A DNA stretch of 64,000 bases, taken from NCBI GenBank assembly GCA_947501605.1, contig CANMWZ010000001.1:300297-364296 (forward strand). The letters are read 5' to 3'. The position numbers were made by a program, and so were the translations under genes. Positions 1-9,572 of this stretch are shown here, in pieces. The DNA comes from Planctomycetota bacterium (GTDB lineage Bacteria; Planctomycetota; UBA1135; UBA2386). Positions within the stretch are counted from its first letter, which is position 1; every line of letters starts with the position of its first letter. The notes beneath the pieces were generated by a model. It worked only from the letters and a program-made list of their open reading frames with translations. It ran no database searches and was not told where the DNA came from.

Positions 1-878
1 GCGCTGAACGCGAGGAACTCGATGTCGGCGACGCCCCAAGCGAACAACGCGCCGCCACAGATGCCGACGACGTCGAAGATCACGGTCAGCATGATTGCCG
101 ACACCGCGCAGGCGAGGACCTTGGGCACCACGAGGAAGCCAGTCGGCCGGATGCCCATCTGCTTCAGCGCGTCGATTTCCTCGCCCACGACCATGGAGCC
201 GAGTTGCGCGGCGTTGCTGGAGCCTGAGCGCGCCGCCAGCGCGATCGCGGTCATCAGCGGACCGATCTCGGACATCACCGAGACGCCGACCATGTCGGCG
301 ACGTAGATCTCGCAGCCGAAGATGCGCAGCTGCACCCACGCTTGCATCGCGAGGATCAGCCCGAGCAAGAAGGCAATGAGCAGGATGATCGGCAGCGCTC
401 CGCCGGCGCATTGATCAATCTCCATCGCAGTGCGATCGAGCCGCAGTCTCTGGCCGCGGAACGGCCCTACGGTCACAGCTTCGATCACTTCGCCCGCGGT
501 ACGCAGCACGCCGAGCAAGCCATCGATCTTGGGCTCGACCAGGGCGCCGAGACGCTCTACCGGGTTCGGCTTCTCCGCCGCAGGCGGTGGCTTGCCGGCC
601 AACCGATCGATCGAGACCAGGGAGAAGAAGTCGAGCATCGGCTGGCTCAGCCCACGCAATCGCACTTCGACGCCGTGTTCGCGCGCCCGGCGCATGCCCT
701 CGACGACCGTCGACAGGCCCGCCGAGTCGAACGTTCCGACCTCCCCCAGGTCGAGCACCAGACGCGTCGGCTTGCTCCGGATCTCGCGATCGAGATCCGC
801 CAGCAAAGCGGCCGCAGTAGTGCGATCCAGGCACTTGCCGAGGGCAATCGTCGCCGGCGAGGCGATCGTCGCGGTCAC
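1..878 (-). CDS. MlaE-family ABC transporter permease with N-terminal STAS domain (3' end runs off the window)
   Basis: Not in the ORF track; translated by hand. GTG start at 878 with AAAGGA upstream. STAS-like segment LVLDLGEVGTFDSAGLSTVV, then MlaE motifs EIGPLMTAIALAARSGSSNAAQLGSMVVGEEIDALKQMGIRP. Confidence 0.9.
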   Translation of the reverse strand, partial: MTATIASPATIALGKCLDRTTAAALLADLDREIRSKPTRLVLDLGEVGTFDSAGLSTVVEGMRRAREHGVEVRLRGLSQPMLDFFSLVSIDRLAGKPPPAAEKPNPVERLGALVEPKIDGLLGVLRTAGEVIEAVTVGPFRGQRLRLDRTAMEIDQCAGGALPIILLIAFLLGLILAMQAWVQLRIFGCEIYVADMVGVSVMSEIGPLMTAIALAARSGSSNAAQLGSMVVGEEIDALKQMGIRPTGFLVVPKVLACAVSAIMLTVIFDVVGICGGALFAWGVADIEFLAFS

Positions 879-1093
879 AGCGCAGGTCCTTTGGGAGGGA
901 GGTTCACGGCGGTCGGTGTCGCTGTATCGGACACCAGAGCGCGCGACTTGACCCTTGCCATGGGCGTTCTGGAGGCCCCCTGCCCTTGCTCGTCGCACCG
1001 TTCGCGGCTGGAATGACGAGGTGCTGCCCTTCAAGGCGCACAGACCCCTGTTGTCTCGGCTCCGGTCCACCGGCCAAGGCTCCTTCTGCCAAC

Positions 1094-4000
1094 ATGAAAG
1101 CCACCTTCTTCCTGGGCTTGCTCCAGCTGTTGTTCGCGACCTGCGCCGGAGCTCCGTCGCTGACCCCCGAGGCCTCGACCCAACTGGCGGTCGCCCGCCG
1201 CCACCTTGCGGAGAAGGACCCGGATTCGGCACTCGCCATCACCGACAAGCTGCGCAAAGACTGGCCGCAGTGGGCCGAAATGTGGCTGGTTGCTGGCGAC
1301 GGCAATCTGCAACTCGTCGGCCTCGATCGTCGCGGCCTGAACGCGCAAGCAGTTCTCGGCGATGCCGAGACCAGCTATCTGCGCGCCACTGAACTCGAGC
1401 CGCTGAGTGCAGCAGCGTGGCACGGCCTCGCCCAGACTCGCTACCAACTCGGCGACTTTGAGAATGCGCGCCTCGCCGCAGCCGCAGCGATCGATCGCTT
1501 CGATCGCCCGAAGTCCGCGCCGGGTGCAGCGGCCCCCAGCGCTCTCATTGCGGCGCGCTGCTGCCAGCAGCAACTCGTGGCGCTGCGGCAGGAGGAACTG
1601 AACTCCGGCAAGCCAGACGACCGCGGCGAGATCCCGGTTGAGCAGGAGACCTACCAAAAGGCACAGCAGGCTCTCGCCTACTTCACGCTGTGCCAGCAGG
1701 CGCTGCCTGGAGATGCCTACCGTGGTGCGGCGACGGTCTACCAGTGGATCGACCAGAAGGACGAGGCCATGCGTGAGCTGGAGCGCGGCATCGCAGCGGC
1801 TCCCGAAGTTGCCGATGTGCACATCGCCTACCAAGACCTGCACATGCAGATGGGCCAGCAGCGCGCACTGGCAGGCGCCTACGCGCGGCTGGTTCGCGAA
1901 CAGCAGGGGCAGGCGATCCTGTTGTGGTTCAAGGGCCGCGCCGAAGTGATCGTCGCCGACGATCTGCGCACGCGACAGAACTTCCAGGCTGCCATCGAGG
2001 CCTACCGCAAGGCTGCCTCCAGCTACCGGGACTACGCGCAAAAGGTGCCAGGTCACCGCGACGCTGCGAACCAGTGGATCGCCATCTGCGAGCTATCGAT
2101 CGCGCGATCGGCCACCGAGATGGGCGATGTCGCTTCCGCCCGCGAACACCTGTTCCAAAGCGCTGAGGCCTCACCGTTGGCGGTCGACTACGACGGCATG
2201 GAACCAAAGCTGCGCGACAGCTTCGGCAGTCACTTCGCGGGCGTGGTCTTTGCCATCGGCCGCGTGCTCAGCGCCAATGTCGACCAGCAGGCGTTGGAGC
2301 AGACGGTTGCGTTCTATGACGAGGTCATCGAGAAGTACCCCGGCCGCTGGGGCTTCGTCTACAACAACGCGGCGCTGCCGTGTCGCGACCTCGGCGTCTT
2401 GCTCGTGCGCGATGTCGAGAAGCTCGCGACTGAGCAGCGCGAAGTGGCGATGACCAAGGCCATGCAGCTGTGGGAGAAGAGCTATCGCTACTACGAAGAC
2501 GCCGTGAAGCTCTCGCCCGAGGACGCGCGCATCGTCAATGACTGCGGGCTGATGCTCATCTACCATCTCAACCGCGACTTCGACCGCGCTCGCGAGCTGT
2601 TTGATCGCGCAATCACCGTGGGCCAACCGCAACTGGACGCGCTGCCGCAGGAAACGCCGCAGGAGGACCGCAGGCTGCTCGAAGAAGCGATCGGCGATGC
2701 GTGGCAGAACATCGGCGTTCTCATGACTGGTCACTTGCAGCGTCCCTTCGCGGAAGCAAAGCCGTTCCTCGAACAGGCCGTGAAGTTCTACCCCTACCAA
2801 CAACGCGAGGCCGCGCACATGCTGCAGAACGGCGGCAAGACCTCGAACGCCGCGCGCCTCAACCCACGTAGCCTGCAAGGCTCCAGCGGCACCAACGCTG
2901 TCGTGGCATCGCTCAGCCAAGGCAATGAAGCCGAAGTGCTCGCGAAGGCCAAGGCCAAGGCAGACGAAGCCGCCAAGGACAGCGATCTCGACACCGCTCT
3001 GGCCGAGCTCGACAAGGTGAAGAAGGAGCTGAAGGAATACGCCCCGTACCAAGCGCTACGCGGCGACTTCTCATTGCGTTACGCCCGGCAAGCACTCGCT
3101 GAGAACCGCAAGGGCGCGGATCTGCTCTTTGCCGACGCGGTGACGGTGCTGCAGCGCGCCGTGCAACTCGACAGCGAGCCGATTGCGCCTCGCCAGATGC
3201 TGGCCGAGGCGCAGTACGAGGCCGGGCAGCTGCCCGAAGCCGTCGCGACCATTTCGGCGATGTTGCTGCACATGCAATCCCAGGGTAGCGGTGAGGAAGC
3301 CGCCGTGATCGCCGCTCACCGTGTGCGCAGCAATGCAGCTTCCCGCGTCTACATGGGCGCGAAGGCTGCTGCGAACGCCAAGGCCGTACTGGACGAAGCG
3401 CGCATCTCCTTTCGCTATCTCGAGCAGAAGCAGGCCGTCGATGCCGAGACCCGCCGCACGTGGGCAACGATGGAGACCTGGGCCGAGGCAGCTCCCGAGG
3501 CCGTCGGAGTCTACGTCCGAGCACTCGCGCAGACGCCCCTGGACCAGACGCTACTGACCGCGGTTGTGGACACCGCCCAGTCGGTCGGCGAACCGGCACT
3601 CGCGGTCGATGCACTCAAGGCGCGCACCGACGCCTCGGGTCTCTGGTACCTGGGCCGCGCACGGTTTCTCGCTGGTTCGATGCTGCGCACAACCGGCAAG
3701 TTCGACGAAGCGATGGCCGAACTCGATCTGGCCAAGACCGCATTCGAACAGTCCATGAAGGCGAACCCGAGCTTTGCCGACAGTTGCCAACAGTGGATCG
3801 CGATCTGTACTGGCAAGCAGGGCAACGCCGCGCTCGCCAAGAAGGACTGGGCGACAGCCGAGAAACTGCTGCTCGAGGCCGTACGCCAGCGCCCCGACCG
3901 CATCAACGACGACCTCGGGCTGCAAGAGACCACGAAGATCGGAGTGATGACGCTCGCCGATCACTACGCGCGCGCGGGCGACCTCGGCAAGACCGAGGCG

Positions 4001-4513
4001 ATCTATCGCGCCGCCGTTTCTCTGGCCGACAGCGATCTCGACCTACTCAACAACGAGGGCCTGTTTGCCCGCGATCATGGCAACGCGCTGGCGCGCGATG
4101 GCAAGCAGAAGAAGGCGATGGAGCTCTACGAGCAGAGCTACAAGGCCTACACCCGCGCCGCCGAACTCGATGCCCAGAACGTGCGCCTGCAGAACGACCG
4201 CGCCCTCATCGCGATCCACTACCTGGAGCGCGACTGGGACGAGAACAAGGTCATCCTCGACCGCGCGATCGCGGCTGGCGAGCAGCAACTGACGGCCTTC
4301 CCTACGGACAATCCGCAGGGGCGTCAAACGCTCGACGAGGCCCTCGGCGACTGCTACGAGAACCTCGCTCTGTGGCACCTCAAGCACAGCGGTGACGCAG
4401 CTGCGGCGAAGCATGCGGCGGAGAACAGCCTGCTGCACCATCCAGGCAAAAGCCGCCCCGGCGCCAAGCGACATCTGCTCGAAGCCGAGAAGACGCTCAA
4501 GGAGTCAAAGTGA
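1094..4513 (+). CDS. Large secreted/lipoprotein-like tetratricopeptide-repeat protein
   Basis: Likely ATG at 1094 (MKATFFLGLLQLLFATC: signal peptide, possible lipobox). Many TPR-like helices, e.g. AWHGLAQTRYQLGDFENA. Internally duplicated module. Confidence 0.85.
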   Translation: MKATFFLGLLQLLFATCAGAPSLTPEASTQLAVARRHLAEKDPDSALAITDKLRKDWPQWAEMWLVAGDGNLQLVGLDRRGLNAQAVLGDAETSYLRATELEPLSAAAWHGLAQTRYQLGDFENARLAAAAAIDRFDRPKSAPGAAAPSALIAARCCQQQLVALRQEELNSGKPDDRGEIPVEQETYQKAQQALAYFTLCQQALPGDAYRGAATVYQWIDQKDEAMRELERGIAAAPEVADVHIAYQDLHMQMGQQRALAGAYARLVREQQGQAILLWFKGRAEVIVADDLRTRQNFQAAIEAYRKAASSYRDYAQKVPGHRDAANQWIAICELSIARSATEMGDVASAREHLFQSAEASPLAVDYDGMEPKLRDSFGSHFAGVVFAIGRVLSANVDQQALEQTVAFYDEVIEKYPGRWGFVYNNAALPCRDLGVLLVRDVEKLATEQREVAMTKAMQLWEKSYRYYEDAVKLSPEDARIVNDCGLMLIYHLNRDFDRARELFDRAITVGQPQLDALPQETPQEDRRLLEEAIGDAWQNIGVLMTGHLQRPFAEAKPFLEQAVKFYPYQQREAAHMLQNGGKTSNAARLNPRSLQGSSGTNAVVASLSQGNEAEVLAKAKAKADEAAKDSDLDTALAELDKVKKELKEYAPYQALRGDFSLRYARQALAENRKGADLLFADAVTVLQRAVQLDSEPIAPRQMLAEAQYEAGQLPEAVATISAMLLHMQSQGSGEEAAVIAAHRVRSNAASRVYMGAKAAANAKAVLDEARISFRYLEQKQAVDAETRRTWATMETWAEAAPEAVGVYVRALAQTPLDQTLLTAVVDTAQSVGEPALAVDALKARTDASGLWYLGRARFLAGSMLRTTGKFDEAMAELDLAKTAFEQSMKANPSFADSCQQWIAICTGKQGNAALAKKDWATAEKLLLEAVRQRPDRINDDLGLQETTKIGVMTLADHYARAGDLGKTEAIYRAAVSLADSDLDLLNNEGLFARDHGNALARDGKQKKAMELYEQSYKAYTRAAELDAQNVRLQNDRALIAIHYLERDWDENKVILDRAIAAGEQQLTAFPTDNPQGRQTLDEALGDCYENLALWHLKHSGDAAAAKHAAENSLLHHPGKSRPGAKRHLLEAEKTLKESK

Positions 4514-6150
4514 ACGCTCCCTTCGCGCGGGCGCGCAGCACCGCCGCTTGGTTCGCAGCGATCACGCTGGCCTTGGCGCTGCCAGCCCAAGATGCCGTCA
4601 AGGACGCCCCGCAGAATCCGCCAGGCAAGCTCGATGTCACGACCCTGCGCGAGCAGGCGGCCGGAGCCGAAAACCGCGGCGAGTTCGCTCAGGCGGCCGA
4701 CCTGTGGCTGCAACTCGTCGCCGCCGACCCTTCGCGCGCCGACTTTGTTCTCGCCGCGGGGCGCTGCCTTGGCAGCAGCGGTCGCTTTCGCGATGCCATC
4801 GATCTGCTGGAGAAGAAACGCGCCGCGTTTGTTCCGTTGACAGACCTGCCCGCGCTCCTCGCCCGCACGTATCTGTTGCGCGTCGAGCGCGATCGAAACA
4901 CGTTGCAGCCAGAACTCGACTTCCAAGAGGCTGCGCGACTCGCCGAGGAAGTGTTGGTGGCCAACCCCGACCACCTCGACGCACGAATGATCCTGGCACA
5001 GGCCCGCTACTCGTTGTTTGACGCCAAGGGCGCATTGGCCGCCGCCGAGGAAGCGATTCGCCGCCACCCGCAGCATCCAGGTGGTCACGTGCTCGTCGGC
5101 CGCATCGCCTTCGACGACTACCGCCTGTTGAAGGATCAGTTCGACGCCGAAAAGCCGGTGGAGCCCCGCCACGGCGAGCTGGTCACCGCCATCGACGCGG
5201 CGCGCAAGCGGGCGCAGACAGCCTTCACTCGCGCGGCAGAGATCGACTCCGTCCGCACCTACCCTCTGGTCATGCTGGGCGACATCGCCGCCCGCGATCG
5301 CGACGTGGCGAGCGCGCTGAAGCACTGGAATGCGGCGCTCGGCATCGACCCGACTGCGCGCGTCGACCACGGCTGGATTCAAGAGCACACCACGCCAGCG
5401 CAACGGCGCGAGTTCTACCACAGCGCGCTCGCGCACTACGAGGCCGTGGCGAACGCTGCGCCCGCGCGCGCCGCCGCGCTGCGGTTCTACTCAGGACTCG
5501 CGCTCTACGCCGCGCAGCAGTGGCTGGAGGCGAAGACTGAGTTCGCCGCAACGCGAACAGACAACGCCAGCTTCATCAACGCCGACTACTACGGTGCGAT
5601 GTGCGCGTGGCGACTCGGCGACGAGGACGGGGCCGAGACGCTCGCCGCCGCATTCGCCGCCGCCTCGGCGCCCGGCTTCGCCGACGTGTTGCGCGCTCTC
5701 GAGCCCGAGCCGCGCGCCGAGGTCGCAGGCATCGTGCGCCACCTCGGCGATCGCGCATGGGACCAGGGGCGACGCGACCAGAGCCGAGACCTGAACCACG
5801 TAATCGCCTGCTTGCAGGACTCGGCCGACGCCTGGAACAACTACGCGTTCCTCTGCCGCGAAACCAAACGGTTCGATGCCGCGTTCGTCGGCTACCAACA
5901 CGCCATCGAACGCGAGCCGGATTCGCCGCAACTGTGGAACGACGCCGCCGTCGTCCTGCATTACCACCTCGCCAGCGAAGCCAACCGAACGCGCGCGCGG
6001 CAGATGTACGGCAGAGCCATCGAACTCGCTGACCAGCAACTGGCTGACGCCACGACGAGCGCAATCCTGCGGCAGCGGGCCGAGCGCGCGAAGGCCGATG
6101 CCTTGGCAAACCTGAAAGATCTGGAGAGCCTCGACAAGCCCAACAAGTAA
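4510..6150 (+). CDS. Secreted TPR-repeat protein
   Basis: GTGA overlap with the upstream gene. Signal peptide ending LPA-Q. TPR-like motifs (AWNNYAFLCRETKRFDAA, QLWNDAAVVLHYHL). Confidence 0.85.
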   Translation: MNAPFARARSTAAWFAAITLALALPAQDAVKDAPQNPPGKLDVTTLREQAAGAENRGEFAQAADLWLQLVAADPSRADFVLAAGRCLGSSGRFRDAIDLLEKKRAAFVPLTDLPALLARTYLLRVERDRNTLQPELDFQEAARLAEEVLVANPDHLDARMILAQARYSLFDAKGALAAAEEAIRRHPQHPGGHVLVGRIAFDDYRLLKDQFDAEKPVEPRHGELVTAIDAARKRAQTAFTRAAEIDSVRTYPLVMLGDIAARDRDVASALKHWNAALGIDPTARVDHGWIQEHTTPAQRREFYHSALAHYEAVANAAPARAAALRFYSGLALYAAQQWLEAKTEFAATRTDNASFINADYYGAMCAWRLGDEDGAETLAAAFAAASAPGFADVLRALEPEPRAEVAGIVRHLGDRAWDQGRRDQSRDLNHVIACLQDSADAWNNYAFLCRETKRFDAAFVGYQHAIEREPDSPQLWNDAAVVLHYHLASEANRTRARQMYGRAIELADQQLADATTSAILRQRAERAKADALANLKDLESLDKPNK

Positions 6151-6192
6151 CGCGCACGGCCGTCGCCTAGCGGCCCGGGCGACATCCGCAGA

Positions 6193-6828
6193 TCACGGCC
6201 AGAGCACGACGGACTGCGCGTTGAGGAACAGCACCGGATTGTCGACCGTGTGCACGGCCGCCTGCAGATGCAGTTCGAGACCTGCGAACACCGGGTCCAT
6301 CGGAACCTCGAGCGCAACTCCCCAGGCGTCGACCATTGCGCCACCGTCCAAAGTAAGGATGTAGCTCGGGTCGAGCCAGAAGGTCCCCTCGACGTCCGGA
6401 GCGTAGGCAAGGAGCGGCACCACGCCGCGGTCGAACGACGCGAAGACGAAGAAGTTGGCCTCGCCAAGCACCTCGACCCCCAGCTCCAGGATGCCGACTG
6501 GCGGCACACCCAGTTCATCATCGACCTCGACGGCGAACTCAGCTTCGAACAGCGCCTGGGCCTCTGCTGCCGATGCGACCTCGAATCGCAGCGAACCATC
6601 GATCGGGCTGGTGTAGAACGACCCCGTCAGATCGGCGGGCTCGAGGATGAGGTCGGTCAAGTCCAGCAGAGAGTCCGTAGCAATGCCGCGATCTTCGAGT
6701 TCGCGCAAGACGAAGCCGCTGGGGAGAAGCTCGACAGTGCCGAGCACGCGCGCTGGGCCCTGGGCCGCAGCACCAGCACCGAGCAGGAAGGCCGCAGTGG
6801 CGGCAAGGAACAACTTGGAGGTCTTCAT
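6193..6828 (-). CDS. Secreted hypothetical protein, paralog 1 of a tandem trio
   Basis: ATG at 6828, signal peptide MKTSKLFLAATAAFLLGAGAAA-Q. Shares DLTG, FFVF, YAPDVEGTFWLDP, LQAA and LFLN motifs with the next two genes. Confidence 0.85.
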   Translation of the reverse strand: MKTSKLFLAATAAFLLGAGAAAQGPARVLGTVELLPSGFVLRELEDRGIATDSLLDLTDLILEPADLTGSFYTSPIDGSLRFEVASAAEAQALFEAEFAVEVDDELGVPPVGILELGVEVLGEANFFVFASFDRGVVPLLAYAPDVEGTFWLDPSYILTLDGGAMVDAWGVALEVPMDPVFAGLELHLQAAVHTVDNPVLFLNAQSVVLWP

Positions 6829-6973
6829 AGGTGAGGGTTTTGAGTGTCTGGTCGAGACTACCCCACGACGAAGAGCTTGGCGCCGCGCATGGCCATGGCA
6901 CCCAAGCCAGCGCGGCAATCAGACGTTCCGCGGCGCGCAGCTGCATGGTTGCCGCGCGCGCTCGAAGCTGCGC

Positions 6974-7570
6974 TCAGTTCGTGATGCGCGTGACTTCGCG
7001 GTTCAGGAAGACCAGCGGCCCGCCCGTCGGCTGGATCGCAGCCTGGAAGAAGATGTCGACACCGACGAACTTGCAGGCAGCCGGCATCCGCAGGCAAGTG
7101 CTCCACAGGCAGTTGATGTTGCCACCAGTCACCGTTACCAGATTCGTCGGATCGACCCACAGGTAACCCGCGACATCCGGAGCGTACGGCGACAGCGACA
7201 TGACACCGGCGTCGAAGCCGGCGAAGACCAGGAAGAACCCTGGGGTGTCAGTTCGCAGTGACATCGACATCGAGCGACCGCGACGCACCCAGTCCGAGGT
7301 GCTGAAACGAGCGAACGACCGGCCGATCGTGCTGGCCACGAACGAGGTGGCGCTGGCGATGCCACCAGTGACATCGACAATCCGTCCGACCAGGCCTTCC
7401 AAGGATGAAGTGCTGCTGACGAGCAGGGTCGGATTGTCGAACTCGCGAAGAGTGTAGTTCGAGCCCGAGCGCACCAGGGTGCCGATCATGCGGTCCGACT
7501 GCGCAGAGGCGTCCGAGGTCGAGAAGAAGAAGGCGGTGGTGGCGAGGATGCTGCTGAGGATCTTGTTCAT
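6974..7570 (-). CDS. Secreted hypothetical protein, paralog 2 of a tandem trio
   Basis: ATG at 7570, signal peptide ending ASA-Q. Motifs DVTG, YAPDVAGYLWVDP, FQAA, VFLN. Confidence 0.85.
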   Translation of the reverse strand: MNKILSSILATTAFFFSTSDASAQSDRMIGTLVRSGSNYTLREFDNPTLLVSSTSSLEGLVGRIVDVTGGIASATSFVASTIGRSFARFSTSDWVRRGRSMSMSLRTDTPGFFLVFAGFDAGVMSLSPYAPDVAGYLWVDPTNLVTVTGGNINCLWSTCLRMPAACKFVGVDIFFQAAIQPTGGPLVFLNREVTRITN

Positions 7571-7691
7571 AGTGTTCGTGAGGTTGGTTCCCGTGCAGAA
7601 CGGCAGCCCCACATTCCCTCGCGTGCGGCGCAGCGCATTCGAACGGCCGACGGCATGGCCGATTAAATCCGCTCAACCGTTTTGCCTGACC

Positions 7692-7906
7692 AGATGTGGT
7701 CTCCCCATTGGCCTGCGCACGAGGCCGAGCATCGCAGGTCGAGCAGCTTATGGAAGAACGGCGCCGTCGCCGAGGACTCGGGCGCTGGTTTCCGATCAAG
7801 GAGCGCGAACGAAGTCGAATCAGCAGATTCGACGCAGTTCGTGCGACGCAGAGATGGGACCAGCTACCGCGCGCGCAGACAGGATGCGCGCTGCAACAGG
7901 CTGCTA
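7692..7906. repeat. Degenerate or chimeric hairpin MITE-like repeat
   Basis: Left part AGATGTGGTCTCCCCATTGGCCTGCGCACGAGGCCGAGCA resembles the left end of 9410-9572. Internal CAAGGAGCG-stem-loop-CGACGCAG core. Ends CAACAGGCTGCTA. Confidence 0.6.
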
Positions 7907-8509
7907 GGACCCGATCGTGATCTTCTTGCCGTTCTGAAACAGCAGCGGCGCCATCGGCGAGTGCGCCGCAGCCTGCAAGTAACACGTGAGACCGATCAGA
8001 CTCGGGTCGTTGGGGATCGCCAAGTCACCATCCCACCGATCGAACATCAGACCCCCGGCGATGGTCTGCAGGCCAATGGGATCGACCCATAGCGTGCCGC
8101 TGGCAATCGGCGCATACGACTCGAGCGGCGTGTGGGCGGGAGCCAACGATAGAAAGACAAAGAACTGCGACGGGCCATCGTGCTTGACGCGCATCGACAT
8201 CATCCGGCCGATACGCGCGGAACCCGTCGTGAAGACGGACGAGGAGTTCTTGATCGAAGTCACATCAAAGACCGCCGTCGGGCTGTTCGGGTCGTCGCGC
8301 AACGAGCCAGTGACATCGACGGTCCTGTTGACGAACGTGAGCAGCTCGACGTCGGCAGCGAGCAACACGGTCGTGCCCTCGATCTCCACGATGGAGTAGC
8401 CACCGGGGACCGCTGCGAGACCGCCGATCATCCGGATCGGGCCTTGGGCTTGGAGGATGCCGGAGAACGTCGAGGCCGCGAACGCGGCGGCGAGAAGAGC
8501 TTTGCGCAT
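7904..8509 (-). CDS. Secreted hypothetical protein, paralog 3 of a tandem trio
   Basis: ATG at 8509, signal peptide ending LQA-Q. Motifs DVTG, YAPIASGTLWVDP, IPNDPSLIG, LQAA, LFQN. Confidence 0.85.
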   Translation of the reverse strand: MRKALLAAAFAASTFSGILQAQGPIRMIGGLAAVPGGYSIVEIEGTTVLLAADVELLTFVNRTVDVTGSLRDDPNSPTAVFDVTSIKNSSSVFTTGSARIGRMMSMRVKHDGPSQFFVFLSLAPAHTPLESYAPIASGTLWVDPIGLQTIAGGLMFDRWDGDLAIPNDPSLIGLTCYLQAAAHSPMAPLLFQNGKKITIGS

Positions 8510-8644
8510 GGGAGAGTAGGGGACAGGTTCCAACTCAGGATATCTCCATTTGCGCAACCGGGCGGTTGGATGCGATCGTGCTATCAGTGGCAGCGCCGAT
8601 CCTGACGGCGCCGCCTGCTTGCGCGACGGCGCGTGCCGGCCGAC

Positions 8645-9376
8645 TCAATCGACCAGGCGGCGCGCGAGATTGCCGTACTCGCGATACTCCGCGACATCTG
8701 GCGGGCCGGCAGTGAACAACCACTGCAAGTGCAACGGGTCGGCGGCTGGCACCGCGAGCAGCGACGACGAAACTGTGCCGTAGCCATCCATTCGCTTCAG
8801 CACGGGATGCCGCCCGTCGCCACCGCGATCGAGCAGCAAGGGTCGCAGCGCCTGCAACTGGGCCGCTGGCGTCGAGACGGCGGCGACCGCGGCGCGCAAG
8901 CCGGGTAGCTCCAGTTCGCCGGGCGCGTGCTCGTTCGTCACCACGAGTAACTCCTGGCTCCATTCGATCGTCGCCAGACCCTCGGCGCCGTGCCGCAGAA
9001 CGACGATGCGATGCGCGTCCGCGAGCACCAGTTGGAAGCCACCGAAGGGTCTCTGGTCGAAGATCTCGCGCACTGCGGCGATCGCGGGCTCGAGTTCGCC
9101 GCGCTCCAGCGCGACATGCGGTAGCACCCCGCGCGTCTCAGCATCTACAGGCACGGGCACATCCTTGACGTTGGTCAAGCCGGCAAACAGCCCGCGGGCA
9201 TTCACTCCAAGCCACGTGCCACCCCTCTCGCGGTCGCGCGGCGACAACACACGAGCGCGATCGCCGACCCAGAGTCCGGGCGGTGAGGCCTTGCGGTCCG
9301 TGCGCTCATCGCGATTGCTCGCGACCAGCACCGGGTGCGTCGCAAACCTCCCGCGCAAGACGATCAGCAGGCACAT
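8645..9376 (-). CDS. NRDE / TANGO2-family protein
   Basis: Begins MCL. Contains ASNRDE, GGTWLGVNARG-FA-LTN and YGTVSSS, the hallmark motifs of the family. Confidence 0.92.
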   Translation of the reverse strand: MCLLIVLRGRFATHPVLVASNRDERTDRKASPPGLWVGDRARVLSPRDRERGGTWLGVNARGLFAGLTNVKDVPVPVDAETRGVLPHVALERGELEPAIAAVREIFDQRPFGGFQLVLADAHRIVVLRHGAEGLATIEWSQELLVVTNEHAPGELELPGLRAAVAAVSTPAAQLQALRPLLLDRGGDGRHPVLKRMDGYGTVSSSLLAVPAADPLHLQWLFTAGPPDVAEYREYGNLARRLVD

Positions 9377-9409
9377 CGCGCAGCACGATAGCCGCGCCGC
9401 GCCGCGCGC

Positions 9410-9572
9410 TAGAAGTGGTTTCACAAATGGCCTGCGAGCGAGGCCGAGCAACGAAGTCCGAGGCAAGGAGCGGGTTCGTAGCGGCATCTATGGATGCCGC
9501 GGAGAACTCGCGACGCAGCCATCGAACTTCGGGGCTGGCCGCAGCCGCTGGTGCTTTGTGAAACCGCTTCTA
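9410..9572. mobile_element. 163-bp non-autonomous MITE-like element
   Basis: 18-bp terminal inverted repeats TAGAAGTGGTTTCACAAA / TTTGTGAAACCGCTTCTA (one mismatch, TA at both ends). Nested internal inverted repeats GCGGGTTC/GAACTCGC and GCGGCATC/GATGCCGC. No ORF. Confidence 0.75.
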
